Below, piece after piece: positions 1-12,871 of a DNA stretch of 64,000 bases. The first letter of the stretch is position 1. Each line of letters starts with the position of its first letter. Where the stretch lies: contig OZ024742.1 of the NCBI GenBank assembly GCA_964016885.1, positions 186,930,001-186,994,000 on the forward strand. The letters are read 5' to 3'. A program made the position numbers and the translations under genes. A model generated the notes under the pieces. That model did no database searches and was not told the origin of the DNA. It worked only from the letters and a program-made list of their open reading frames with translations. Source of the stretch: Eledone cirrhosa (Eukaryota).

Positions 1-180
1 ACAACAACAACAATAATAATTGTTTCTAATTTTGGCACAAAGCCAGCAATTTTGAAGAAAGGAGAAAGTCGAATAAGCCGCCCCAGTACGTTACATGTAT
101 TTTATTTTACCGACCCCTGAATGATGAAAGGCAGAGCTACCCTTGGCGGGATTTGAACTCAGAAATTAAAGATCGACAAC
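1..180 (-). mobile_element. tRNA-derived SINE (Meta-domain-like core), partial
   Basis: Minus strand has a B-box GAGTTCAAATC, a core GCCTTTCATC..GGGGTCGGTAAAATAAAA and an (ATT/GTT)n tail. Related copies lie at about 240-420, 16280-16450, 18095-18320, 18480-18890, 45545-45690, 49455-49560 and 54588-54686. Confidence 0.8.
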
Positions 181-799
181 AATCATTGGAATGCCATATC
201 TCTTAGTTTGTAGTTACCAATTCAGCACCCCAACAATGGTAATAATAATGATTTCTGATTTAGGCACAAGACCAAACATTTTAATGGATGGGGAAGTCGA
301 GTAAATCGACCCCAGTGCGTCCGGTACATTATTTTATATACCCTGTAAGGATGAACGTACGGCAGGATTTGAATTCTTAACGCAAAAAGCAAAAACTCTA
401 TATCACAAAGCCTGTTGACCGACTCTCTACTGATAGTGAGATAAATAGATGAATAAAAGAAAAAAACAAACAAACAAAGAGAGGCAACGAAGGTCACACA
501 CAAACGCATGCGCACACCACATTCTGCAGACATAAAAACAAAAAAAAACAAAAAAAAACAGAGTAAATGGAGACGAAGCGCAGACACAGAGGGCTAAAGT
601 CATGAAGAAGGTTACAGGTTGTTATAAAAGTAATTGATTAGTTTATTAATTAACTGATTGATACATGAATTACCTGAAAAATAATATAACCAAGGTGAAA
701 CTCAACTGGTGTGTCTTTGGATTAGCAGCAGACGCTTCCAAAATTACAATATCTGTTTCAACACACGATTTCACCACAAGAATCGTACATATGTATGTA

Positions 800-1365
800 T
801 GTTCTTCTGGTTTTATAAATTTTATAATTGTTTACCAATACAGAGAGAGTCAGTTTCTAACATAGATACAATACTTTCTTATTGGAATTTAAACAATATC
901 AACTAGGTAGATATGTATGGATGTCTGCATGCATGCATGTGTGTGCAGGTATAGATGTTAATGTATGTGTGGTTGTGGATGTTTTGAGTTATATGTGTGC
1001 ACGTGCATACGCTTTGTACATGTGTACATGCAGTTATTCGATGCAGAATGTTTGGAATGCTTTACATATTTTTACTGTTCCATTAATGGATTGTACTTGT
1101 AATTTCCTAACTAGTTGTGTTCTCTCTGTTTCTGTGAAGCCCAGCTTCTCAAGATTTGTACTGGGGCAGTTACTAACAAATCCCAGTGCCCCAATAATCA
1201 CAGGTATAAATCTGAAGGTATAGTCAGGATGGAGTATCTGCAAATTTCTGCATAAATGTTCTCCTTTTCACTGATCTGTGATAATATATTGGCATCTGCT
1301 GAGCAGTTAACTTCCACTACCGTGCATGCCTTCTTTCCCCTGTCCCATATCATTATATCTTATCA
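800..1365 (-). mobile_element. R4/Dong-like RLE non-LTR retrotransposon, 3' fragment
   Basis: Peptide QILHPDYTFRFIPVIIGALGFV...VKICKAF is homologous to the RLE C-termini at 9314 and 12231. The 3' end abuts TATGTATG. Confidence 0.7.
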
Positions 1366-1368
1366 TTA

Positions 1369-1555
1369 TAGCTCAGGTCATGGTCCTTGTATGGATCTGG
1401 CTGTTTCTACTTCTGCGGGTTCTTTCAGACACGGGTGTTATGCCCGGAGCAAATTTTATCACTGATAAAATTTGCTCCGTACATAAAACCCGTGTCTGAA
1501 AGAACCCGCAGAAGTAGAATCAGCCAGATCCATACAAGGACCATGACCCGAGCTA
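1369..1555. repeat. Near-perfect foldback with ~93-bp arms, from a PLE pLTR fragment
   Basis: TAGCTCAGGTCATGG...TTTTATCA / TGATAAAA...CCATGACCCGAGCTA are reverse complements. Confidence 0.9.
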
Positions 1556-1581
1556 CATGCCGGCGAAACATTTGTAACACG
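1491..1581 (+). ncRNA. Type I hammerhead-like motif with long stem II and one extra core nucleotide
   Basis: CGTGT-CTGAAAGA-(~60 nt)-GAAA-CATTTG-TA-ACACG, followed by AATAAA. Stem I is CGTGT/ACACG. Confidence 0.55.
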
Positions 1582-1643
1582 AAATAAACTAAGTATGTAT
1601 CACTGATTTTTCGTTTTCTTTATAATATATATATATACAATTA

Positions 1644-1813
<170 letters not shown>

Positions 1814-1844
1814 ATAATAATAAAATTGAAGACTAAAATCCAAA

Positions 1845-4682
1845 GAGGGCTCGATATGGATAAATATATATCAAATATATAAGAACCGTAGAGCAAATAT
1901 TTATTAAATAACAGATTAAAGTTTAAGCAAAGAATCGCTGCTTTCACCCTTAACGGGATCTTCTGAAACTAACAAAGTCAATCTGTAAACGCAGAACTGG
2001 ATATTTCAAAAAACGTTGCAACCGGAGGAAGACGTGGAAACGTTCGCTGGCAAAGAACGGGAAAAAACGAATAATACGTCATTAATAGGAGCGGTGAAAA
2101 ACAATTACGCGCAAAGACAGAACCACGTTTATGGTATAAAAGAGGTCGTAGACTAATGTTCGAAAAAACGAAGATAATAAGTCATATGTGGAGCGTGGAG
2201 AACAATAGTACGCAAAGACAAAACCACGTAAATGGTATAGCAGAAGTCGTAGACTAAAATTCCAACTAGGAGACCAAATGAATCTCCGCTACAGAGTTAA
2301 GAACAAAGTAAATAAATACAATACAGAAGTAATGGAAATAAATAAATACATACACGCAAACAAATACGTACATACACAAGCATACGCAAAACCTTACCAT
2401 AGGTATACAAAACCACGCACATATAAATATGTGTGTGTGTGTGTATGCTTGTGTACAAATAAATAAATAATTATATAAACGTATATAAGTAAATAAATAC
2501 GTATATAACAAGCGCACACACACACACCTACACATAAATACACAAATGTTCGGAGATGTAAGTCAACTAAAACAAGAAGTACACATATACACACACCCAC
2601 CATACGTACGAACCTGCATACTCACGCAGACGCAAAACTCCCGTATACACATAGCCAAACCCTAAATACCAGAATATATAAAAATTATACGCCATAACAA
2701 TCAAATATACGTACGAGAAGGTATACATACCTTCACAAAACATACGGGTAATATATACATACCTATGCAAATAAGTAAAGGAATAAACAAAACATATACT
2801 TAGCTCCCACATCAAGACGTAAAATATCCACGTATAGATCGTACTATCCGTTAGGGTATAACGTGGTGCTGTAATACAGGACAGTTTTGTGCAATTTATG
2901 TTTACAAGCCGAAATTGCCTCAGATTTTTTGTATAAGATGTGGTCTGTGGCATAGAGTATTTCCAGGGCCTCAGCGGCGCAGAGGTCACATGGTCTTTTA
3001 TTTCCGTTATACGATCTAGCCCTAGCTAGGATCTCCCAGTGTAACTTATATTGGGTGTGGTTGTCTTTTAGACTCCAGATATAAGCTGAAAGTGACGTCA
3101 TATTCCTTCTTAGAGGGTAACGAAAAGAATGGGTATGCATGTAAAGACGCTGCTTGAAACTATTGGCGGTTAACCCTATGTAGGCCCTACGTGACGTGGG
3201 TGTTACAACCTTACATTTGTAGACAATGTTACTAGAGAGGCATTTCACGGATAGGGGGCAATCAGCCCGATTCCTACAATTACAGTTAGTACTAACTACA
3301 GGGTTGCACGTGTTCCTACGGCTAGGTAGTTTAGCTAAATTTGAAGCTGTGATGTTATGTGCAAGGTTAGGAGTCGTAGAGTAAGAAATTTTAATAGTAT
3401 TTCTATTAAAAATTTTACTATATTTATGTGTAGGGGGAAAATGCTTCGTAATAAGGGAAAGAAAGATCTTAGCTAATGGTGTGGCCACCTCCATATTATA
3501 TGGTGGGTTAAACCAACAAATGCGACGGGATCTATTTCTTATAGGTCTATTTTCGTACTTTGTATATGCTACCTTATCGACAAATCCACTTCGAGCAAGA
3601 GCTTCATTGTAATAAGTGGAATGGTCGTTGAAAATGCGCTCGTTGGTGGAAAGACGGGAAAGCCTCAACGAAACGTTTCTTACCAGGTTCTTGGTTATGC
3701 TGGCAGGATGGTTGGAATGCTTACTTATGTAATTAAGCGTATCATTCGGCTTTCTATACGGGTAATACAACCCATTCAATAAATTGAGGGTAACGTCGAG
3801 GTAATTAACGACCGAGAGATTGGCCTCAACCTGTATAGAGAGATTGAAGCCTTTAAAGAAGGCTGTGAGTTCTTTTCTGAACCTGTCGCAAGCACGAGGT
3901 CCGCACTTAGTCATGGTCAAAAGACCATCGTCACGGTACAAACCACCGCCCGCGTTGGGGAATTCGTCCTTGATAGAGAAAAGAAGGAAAAGGCCAATAA
4001 GATCAGTAACCTCCGCAAAATCACTGGCGCCCATACTCACGTCGAATGGAGTACTATTGGTTTTTTTAATCCAAATACAGTCGTCGAAATTAATCACCGA
4101 CTTTCGGGCATTAAGGATGACATCAACTTCGAAATCCTTAACCACTGTGGGTGTTTTAGGGAAATTGATAGCTCTAAGGAGAAGTGGTAAAGTGATGGAG
4201 GAGTAGTAACTGTTGATGTTGAATTGGATAAAACGGCAATGTTCCTTGTTACGTATGCCGTTGAACCAATCAATCACCGCGAAAGAATTGTTCCACAGTG
4301 CGAGAGGGGCCAAACTTCTAATTTCAGGTATAATTCTATCAAGAATCGTTTTACTAAGTCTACCTAAATCGGACTTCGTAGGGTTAATAAGCCGAATAGA
4401 GGGGTTGTTCGGAAAATTGGATTTGTGATCCTTCAGGGTAAAGTGGGGAGAAATCGGGTCCAGAGGTTCGGTCCGGTCCAGGATGTTGAGATCAGATGTG
4501 ATTTTAAACCCAGCGCCGTTGATTTCATTGATGACGCACCGATTAGTTTTACGGTAATCCTTAGTTACAGCATTATGTAGTAGTTGATGGTAAGTACTAC
4601 GCCCCACTTGATATATGTTGCCAGTTTTGTCGGAATGGACGTGCACGGCGTTAGAATCCTTAATAGAACGAAATATATTTAA
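1845..4682 (-). mobile_element. Naiad-like Penelope-like element, 5'-truncated (RT + GIY-YIG, ORF 2844-~4682)
   Basis: Motifs SDKTGNIY, RLINPTKS, MGA..AEV.DLIG, GLYRDDGL, WFNPPY, CNCx5CPL, NIVYKC..AYIGLT and CDLC..E are present. RT motif A reads FNI instead of FDI, so the copy is probably inactive. Confidence 0.9.
1920..1970 (-). ncRNA. Decayed hammerhead (U4A) in the 3' pLTR of the Naiad-like PLE
   Basis: Minus strand reads AGTTT-CAGAAGA-TCCCGTTAAGGGT-GAAA-GCAG..TTGC-TT-AAACT. Confidence 0.6.
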
Positions 4683-4830
4683 AAGAATAGAGGTGTAACA
4701 CACGAGTTGTGATATATTGGTAAAAGGAAAATAAAATGCTGACAAATTGTTCCCAGTGAAAAATAGTTTAATTAGGAGTAAGTAAAAATTAGTAATAAGT
4801 ATTGGTTAGTATTCAGTTTTAGTTTTAAGT

Positions 4831-4868
4831 TTTTTACCGGCTGCGCATATCTAATGCTTTTCAAAAAT
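4831..4868 (-). ncRNA. Hammerhead-like motif with UUGAAAA core (Neptune-type pLTR fragment)
   Basis: Minus strand reads TTT-TTGAAAA-GCAT TAGAT ATGC-GCAG-CCGG-TA-AAA. It is homologous to 62219-62256. Confidence 0.45.
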
Positions 4869-4964
4869 AATTTTGAGATAGAGCGCTCGTGATGTTTAGA
4901 GCAAACATCACGAGCGCTCTATCTCAAAATTTGTCAGCATTTTCAGCATTTTCTTTTCCTTTTA

Positions 4965-5029
<65 letters not shown>

Positions 5030-5112
5030 GTTATTCCGGGTTGAATCGGAGGTAACCACAGTTAGTAAGGTACTCAATACATTGCAGAGTATAAAAGTTT
5101 TAATATAGATGA

Positions 5113-5161
5113 GATTCTACAGGACTAGAACTGTTTCATTCTTTAGAAATCATCAGGAATC
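5113..5161 (-). ncRNA. Type I hammerhead, intact, inside a foldback (5101-5218)
   Basis: Minus strand reads GATTC-CTGATGA-TTTCTAAAGAAT-GAAA-CAG TTCTAGTC CTG-TA-GAATC. Confidence 0.8.
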
Positions 5162-5209
5162 CCTGATGATTTCTAAAGAATGAAACAGTTCTAGTCCTGT
5201 AGAATCTCA

Positions 5210-5260
<51 letters not shown>

Positions 5261-5901
5261 AAAAAGTATGACCCCCACGGCAGAGCTCAAGCCGTTTCGA
5301 CGGCTATTTCAGTCCAGAAATAGCCGTCGGGGTCATACTTTTTCCTATACCCACTCTACTAACCGAAGTATGGAGTACTCCGGTGCGTTATGGTCCATCT
5401 GGTCCTCCTTCGTTATATATATATATATATATATATATACAGAGAGAGAGAGTGAGAGAGAGAGGGAGAGAGAGAGAGAGGGAGAGAGAGAGAAATACAA
5501 TTGAAAAATGAAATTATCTGTTACCGATCACAACATAACTTTTAACAGAACCGGGAAGGTAGATTCAACAAATTATAGAGAAGTGAGTGCCTACCTAACT
5601 GAGTCATCTAGGTAAGTTAGGAAATTATAGAGGATTCAATGCCTACCTAACCAAGTTAAAAACGCATTCGATTTCATTACTACATAGGAAATACGTTTAA
5701 TATTCTCGATACTCTGTAATTATTTCTAATTAAGCACTGTGAGCTGCCTTCGTTTCAACTGAAATACAGCAGTCGTTGGAAAACAATTCCAATGTTTACA
5801 CCAATAAAGTGGTGTGGCTTTTATCTGGTGTAATGTTGCTTTTGTGTTTAGTTCAATAAAACATGGCAGCCTTTGTTTGGAGAGAGAGAAGCGGATAGAG
5901 A

Positions 5902-5987
<86 letters not shown>

Positions 5988-6015
5988 TATAAACATATAT
6001 ATATATATATATACA

Positions 6016-6080
<65 letters not shown>

Positions 6081-6559
6081 GAGAGAGAGAGAGAGAGACA
6101 GACAGAGGAGGGAGATAGAGAGAGAGAGAAGGAGATAGATAGATAGATATCTTTCTTTATTTGCCACAGGGGCGTACAAAAATGGGACATTACAAGACGT
6201 GACGGCGGGGGTTTAACATTAATAAATAACAAAAAACTAAATATAATTATAATAAGATAGATAGATAGATAGGTAGATAGATAGATAGATAGATAGATGG
6301 ATAGATAGATGGATAGATAAGTTGTGGTATATAGAACGGTAAAGTGAGAAAAGAAAGAAAGAGAGAGGGGGAGGAAATGGAGCTAAAGAGAGGAGGAGAA
6401 AGAAGAGAAAAAGAAGAGATGAGTAACGATAGATAGAACAGACAGAAAATTATCAGAGTTGTATTGAATGAAATGTCTATGTTTATATGTATAATATTAA
6501 CTTGCAAGTGGTTGAGCATTCTACACTCACGTGTACCCTTCACTCAGTTCTCAGGGAGT

Positions 6560-9272
6560 TCTCAGCTTTCTAGGAGAGGAAAACTCTAAAAAGAAAATCT
6601 GCGTCTTCGGAAGCATCCTATGATGTTAACCAGTTCTCCTTTTCGGGTAGTGTTTTCGATGTTCAGAGAGTGGGATTGGTCGAGTGCAAGGCCTTTCTCC
6701 ACTTAAAAAAACCTTCAAAGCACAGGCATTGCTTCTTCAGGACCTGTTACAATTTCGTGTGGCTGGCCGTAGCCTAAATGTGGCTCGTCTTAAGACAGAA
6801 GTTAGAGCTGAACTGTCGAAGTATCTTGAGTCCATGGAATGTGAAAACATGTGAGAAACATTAATAAAACCGTCTGTGATGTCAGTTCTGGAGTTTTAGG
6901 TCATACCAATACAAATCATAAGGACTGGTTCGTGAAAATGATACAGAGGTCCAGACCTTGCTTGAAGAGAAACGAAAGGAGCTGGCATTATTGTTGTGTG
7001 AAACTCGTTCTAAGAAGTGTGACCAGACCTTCAAGCAGATCAAGACACGTGTGCAACATCAATTGAAAGTCATGCAAGATACCTGGTGGAGAAAAAAGCC
7101 TGATGAAATCCAGAAAGTCAAAGATAGACATGATACAAAGCTCTTAAACAATCTGCTCAAATATCACCACTTCGCTAAAGCTACTTTGAGACGCAGAAAG
7201 TACCTCAACAGCAATATGCTGTATCAATCTGGGCAAGGAATTGCTCAGTGAACCGAAGGAAATCCTGATCAGGTGGCATGACCACTTTGATGAACTCCTC
7301 AACAGACCATCAGAAATCGATGGTGAGTTCATCCGGTCGATTCCATCCAGACCTACAAAGCTGCAATGGCTGATCCTCCTTCATTTGATGAGGAGCCGAA
7401 TGCCAAATTAAACAGCGGCAAGTCAGCTAGAATGTATGGACGGAGTGACGAGATCTTCAAGTGTGCTGGTGATAACTTCTTAAACCACCTCACTGATCTC
7501 TGTGAATGTTTGGAATGAAGATGTACCGCAGGATTGGAAAAATGCATTGATGGTGGTACTTTACAAAGGAAGGGGAGCCAAAGATGACTGTGTCAACTAC
7601 AGAGGTATTTCACAGCTATCTGTGGTTGGGAATACCTTGTGAAGGATATTGTTGGACAGATTGATACAGCACATTGCTGTTAAGGTAGTTCCTGAGTCCT
7701 AATGTGGCTTTAGGAATGGCAGAGGCACTGTTGACATAGCTTCTCGGCCAAACAACTTCAAGAGAAATGCATTCAGCAGCGCATGGACTTATACCAAATC
7801 TTTGTCGATCTGACCAAGGCATTTGACACCATAAATGGGAAGGTTTACTGGGTTATTTTGGAGAGATTAGGCTGTCCTGAAAAGTTTGTGAACATACTCA
7901 AGCTCGTCCACGATGACGTCGGAGATACACTGTCTGAGCCAATCTCAGTTGAAAATGATGTCAAGCAAGTTGATATACCTGCACCAACATTGTTTGCCTT
8001 GTATTTCGTAATGGTGTTTTTCATGGCCTTCAAGGATTGTCAACACGGTATCTATCTCAGACATGGCACTTCTGGCTTCTGCCAACACTAAGGTACTGAG
8101 TACCTTAATTAGGATTTATGTATACAGATGATTGTGATCTATTTGCACACTCCCAGAGTGACATGCAACAGGTTATGGATTCTTTTTTCAATACGTGCTG
8201 TGCTTTGAGACTGGCGATCAGTCTGAAGAAGACCCTCGTCATGTACCAACCTGTTCCGGAGAAAGTTTTCAATGAACTCTCCATATATATATAATGTGAA
8301 AGGCTGAAGGTTGTTGACAGATTTGTGTATTTGGGGAGTACTCTGAGTGTGGCCTGCTCTCTGGTTGCATAAGTAGGTCTGTGTGTTAGTAAAGCAAGTG
8401 AGTCATTTGGAAGGCTCAGCGACCATCTGTGGTGCAGGGGAGGAATCAATGAAGACCAAGGTGAAAGTGTATACCGCATGTGTACTGTCAGCAATGCTGT
8501 ATGCGTGGGAGACATGGGTAACCTACAAACGGCATATCAAAAGACTGGAACGATTTCACCAGCAGTATCTCAGAAAGATGCTCGGTCTCAAGTAGAGATG
8601 CATGTGAGTGATGTTGAGAACCTTGAGAGGAGTAAGTATCAGAGCATTGAGTGTATCATCCACCAACGAGGTTTGCGATATACCGGACACCACTGCAGAA
8701 TGTAGGATGATCGATTCCCAAAACAACTTTTGTATGGCGAGCTTTGTAAATGTAAGAGACAACCTCACAAACCAAAGCTCCGATTAAAAGATTGTGTGAA
8801 GGATTCATTAAAAATAAGTAGTTTGAAGGTGGCTGACTGGGAGATAGAACCTCTTCAAAGAGAAGCTTGGCGTGGAATGGTTGAGGATGGGCCCGTAATT
8901 TGGAGGACAGACGCATAGAGCACGAGAAGATCAAACGGGATGTGCATAAGCAATGCCCTGGTGTATCTCTCGAAATGTTCGGTGTCTCCATTGAATTAGA
9001 GTGACCTGAGTGTGGAAAGATTTTCTTGAGCAAATCTGGTCTCAGGAGCCACAGTCGCAGCCATGTTCAAAGAGTACCAGTGAACTATGATCTCCACGGT
9101 ATTGTGAAGGTTTACAGGCAACCTGGTGCAATATATGAGGCCAGGGAGATTCATAGTTGTCGTCAGTGTGCGAAGGAGTGCACGTATCTAGCAGGCTTGA
9201 AAATCCATATCCGAGCATCACACAGGTGAAACTGACAAGCGATTGCAACTCTTAGCAGAGTTTGCACCCATC
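6560..9272 (+). mobile_element. Degenerate RTE-clade LINE
   Basis: Carries the 5'UTR motif CTAGGAGAGGAAAACTC, RT pieces FVDLTKAFDTI, VKQ..PAPTLF and Y.DDCDL, C-terminal C2H2 fingers and a (TATG)n tail. Many stops and frameshifts. Confidence 0.9.
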
Positions 9273-9313
9273 ATGTATGTATGTATGTATGTATGTATGT
9301 ATGTATGTATGTA

Positions 9314-9750
9314 TTATCTCTTTCTCTTAATTTCGAGTATATTTTTTTTGACCGGCCACCTTCCTGGTGGCAAGGTTGTAAAAGAAAAGAAATTGTCATC
9401 CCTTGAATCGCAAGAATGTTTTGCAAATTTTGAAGGTGCCAGCTATCGCAGCCATTTGTAGACTATGAATTAGGGAGCTGCGCTTTTTGTCCGCAAATCC
9501 AAGTTCAGTCATATTTTGGACCAAGCGGGTTGGTATATAACCCGTAGCTCCAATAATGATGGGTATGAAGCTAAAGGTGTATCTTGGATACTGGATTTGT
9601 AAACTCCTCATCAATGGTCCGTAGATGTCCTCCTTCTCCTGTAATTTTCTGACAACGTTTACATCAAGTGGGCAGCTGATCTCCACAACAGAACACGTTT
9701 TCAATGTGTGGTCCCAAACAACAATATCAGGCCGGTTGTGCTTTAATTTG
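9314..9750 (-). mobile_element. R4/Dong-like RLE LINE 3' end inside (TATG)n
   Basis: KHNRPDIVVWD..VEISCPLD.N...K..EKEDIY is a PD-(D/E)xK RLE motif. TATG arrays flank both sides. Confidence 0.8.
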
Positions 9751-9821
9751 ATGTATGTATGTATGTATGTATGTATGTATGTATGTATGTATGTATGTAT
9801 GTATGTATGTATGTATGTATG

Positions 9822-11467
9822 AAAGTCAATCTGGTTCTGGTGCTGGACGCGGCACTACTGATATGATCTTCTCAGCTAGACAGCTCCAGGAGAAGTGCAT
9901 GGAACAAGGTTTGGATCTGTATCAGGTTTTTGTCGATCTGACAGAAGCTTTCGATACTGTTAACAGAAATGCATTATGGACGGTTCTCCAGAAACTTGGT
10001 TGCCCTGATAAGTTCCTTGCTTTAGTTAGGTCTTTCCATGACGACATGAAGGCTTGGGTTAATGCCGGAGGTAACATGTCGGAGCCTATCTCAGTAAAAA
10101 ATGGAGTGAAACAGGGGGATATTCCAGCACCGACCCTGTTTGCCATATACTTTGCAATGGTTTTCTGTATTGCATTCAGGAATTGCGAGCATGGTGTTTA
10201 CATCGGATATCGAACCTCAGGCAGCATATTTAACATCAGGCGCTTTGCTGCAAAGACAAATGTATTTACATCAATCATAAGAGACCTCTTGTATGCAGAT
10301 GATTGCGATCTTGTAGCGCACACAGAGAGTGATATGCAGCACATTTTGAATGCATTTTCTGACGCTTGCACTGCCCTAGGATTGACTGTCAGTCTCAAGA
10401 AAACCGTCGTCATGTACCACCATGCCCCTGGTAAGCAGTACAGTGAACCAAATATCTATGTGTATGGTAAACGACTTGGAATGGTTGATCAGTTTGTCTA
10501 CTCGGGAAGCACTGTCAATCGATACAGCAACCTTGATAGTGATTAGGAAAGCAAGTGATGCTTTCGGAAAGCTAGAAATGCGACTCTGGGGTCGGCGAGA
10601 CATATGCAAGAAGACAAGGGTAAAGGTGTACAAGGCATCTGTGCTCTCTTCTCTTCTTGATGCCTGCGAGACCTAGGTCACATATGAACACCACCTTAAG
10701 CAATTTGAGCGTTTCCATCAGATGTGTCTCAGACGGATCCATGGCGTTCACTGGAGGGACCACATCAGTGATATCGAGATTTTGGAAAGCTCTATGTGTG
10801 ACAGTATAGAAGCTCTTGTGCTTAAGCAACGACTCCGTTGGAGTGGTCACCTTGCCAGGATGAAGGATTCTAGAATACCAAAACAACTCTTTTATGGAGA
10901 GTTAGTTAAAGGAAAACGACCGCCACATAAACCAAAAAAAGAGGTATAAGGATTCCTTGAAAGCCTCTTTGAAAGAAGACGCTAAAATCTCTGCTGATAC
11001 ATGGGGAAATATTGCTGCTGATCGTAATAAATGGAGAAAGACTGTATATGAGGGAAAAGTTGCCTTTTAGGCACCTCGAATCGCATACGAGAAAATAAAG
11101 CGGGATGTGAGGAAGGGCATTGCTGTTGCACTTCCAGACGGAGAGGGTCCTCCTATGGTGCTGAGATGCAGCGTCTGTGCGAGACTCTGCCTAAGCAAAG
11201 CTGGACTCGAAAGTCATCTTCGCAGACATAGAGTAAGACCAGTGGTTGACTACCAGGCTGCTGTTGGAGATGCTACTCATCATGCTTACCAAGCATGTGG
11301 TAGAGAATGTAAATCAGCAGGAGGGCTCAAACGACATGCAACAGTACATGAGTTCCAACCACAGCCGGCTATTCCCAGTGAATGTTTTGGTTGCCGACTC
11401 TGCAAGATATTTTAGATCATTGGCTGGGCTAAAAAGCCACATTCGATCGCAGCGCTGTTAATTGCTA

Positions 11468-11519
<52 letters not shown>

Positions 11520-11700
11520 GTTTATGTGTGTGCGTGTGTGTGTATGTGTATATATATATGTATATTATTATTGTTGTTGTTGTCGTTATTATTATTGTTG
11601 TTATTATTATTATTATTGTTATTAATATATATGTGTATATGTATATATATATTTTTTTTTCTCGTGCAATGGCCATACTCGAAAACGAGGGGGCAGCCAT
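9822..11700 (+). mobile_element. 5'-truncated RTE-clade LINE (RT + three C2H2 fingers)
   Basis: Motifs DMIFSARQLQEKC, FVDL.AFDTV, GVKQGD..APTLF, LYADD and RLRWSGHLARM..RIPKQLFYGEL. Fingers at 11161-11460. The tail CAGCCATCATG(TATG)n is split by microsatellites. Confidence 0.92.
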
Positions 11701-11869
11701 CATGTATGTATGTATGTATGCATGTATGTATGTATGTATGTATGTATGTATGTATGTATGTATGTATGTATGTATGTATCCATGTATGTATGTATGTATC
11801 TATGTATGCATGTATGTATGCATGTATGTATGTATGTACATGGGTGCATGTGTATGTATATGCGCGGGG

Positions 11870-12215
11870 ACATAGAAATAGTCGCGCTGGACACCCGATC
11901 GCGCGGTTAAACCACTGGGAGTGAAGGATCCTTAGCCTTTGTCAGGGCATTCTTCTAGGAGAAGGCAACTCAGGAAACTGGGATAACTCCGATATAAAAC
12001 CTGCGGCTCAATAGTTTCCGATGATGTTGATCCTTTCTTCTTTTCGTGTTACAGTTACTGTCACTGAGAGAGAGGGATTGGCTCAGTACACAGTCTTTCC
12101 TCACTTTAAAAAATATCTTCACGTACAGGCATTGCACGATAGAATTAATTAATAATTATTAATAATGGTATATCGTGCAATGGCCATTTTTTCGATAACA
12201 GTGGGGCAGTCATTA
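11870..12215 (+). mobile_element. Short non-autonomous RTE derivative (5'UTR + 3' tail)
   Basis: CCTTAGCCTTTGTCAGGGC..CTAGGAGAAGG is joined to the tail GGCCAT..GGGGCAGTCAT(TATG). Confidence 0.65.
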
Positions 12216-12230
12216 TGTATGTACGTATGT

Positions 12231-12749
12231 TTTCTCTTTCTCTTAATTTCGAGTATATTTTTTTGACCGGCCACCTTCCTGGTGGCAAGGTTGTAAAAGA
12301 AAAGAAATTGTCATCCCTTGAATCGCAAGAATGTTTTGCATATTTTGAAGGTGCCAGCTATCGCAGCCATTTGTAGACTATGAATTAGGGAGCTGCGCTT
12401 TTTGTCCGCAAATCCAAGTTCGGTCATACTTTGGTCCAAGCGGGTTGGTATATAACCCGTAGCACCAATAATGATGGGTATGAAGCTAAAGGTGTATCTT
12501 GGATACTGGATTTGTAAGCTCCTCATCAATGGTCCGTAGATGTCCTCCTTCTCCTGTATTTTTCTGACAACGTTTATATCAAGTGGGCAGCTGATCTCCA
12601 CAACAGAACACGTTTTCAATGTGTGGTCCCAAACTACAATATCAGGCCGGTTGTGCTTTAGTTTGGTGGCAGTTTTTATTTTCAGGTTCCACCAGTATTC
12701 CTTAGTGCCATCTGTCTCAATATATTCTTCCTCGTTTGTTGTTAATTTT
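12231..12749 (-). mobile_element. R4/Dong-like RLE LINE 3' end inside (TATG)n, second copy
   Basis: Nearly identical to 9314-9750 but extends further 5'. TATG arrays flank both sides. Confidence 0.8.
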
Positions 12750-12871
12750 GTATGTATGTATGTATGTATGTATGTATGTATGTATGTATGTATGTATGTA
12801 TGTATGTATGTATGTATGGATGGATGGATGTATGTATGTATGTATGTATGTATGTATGTATGTATGTATGT

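Noticed and set aside
4683-4745. N-terminus of the 633-aa ORF (MSAFYFPF...)
   Set aside because: It derives from an adjoining Neptune-type pLTR fragment homologous to about 62330-62370. The Naiad copy is 5'-truncated.
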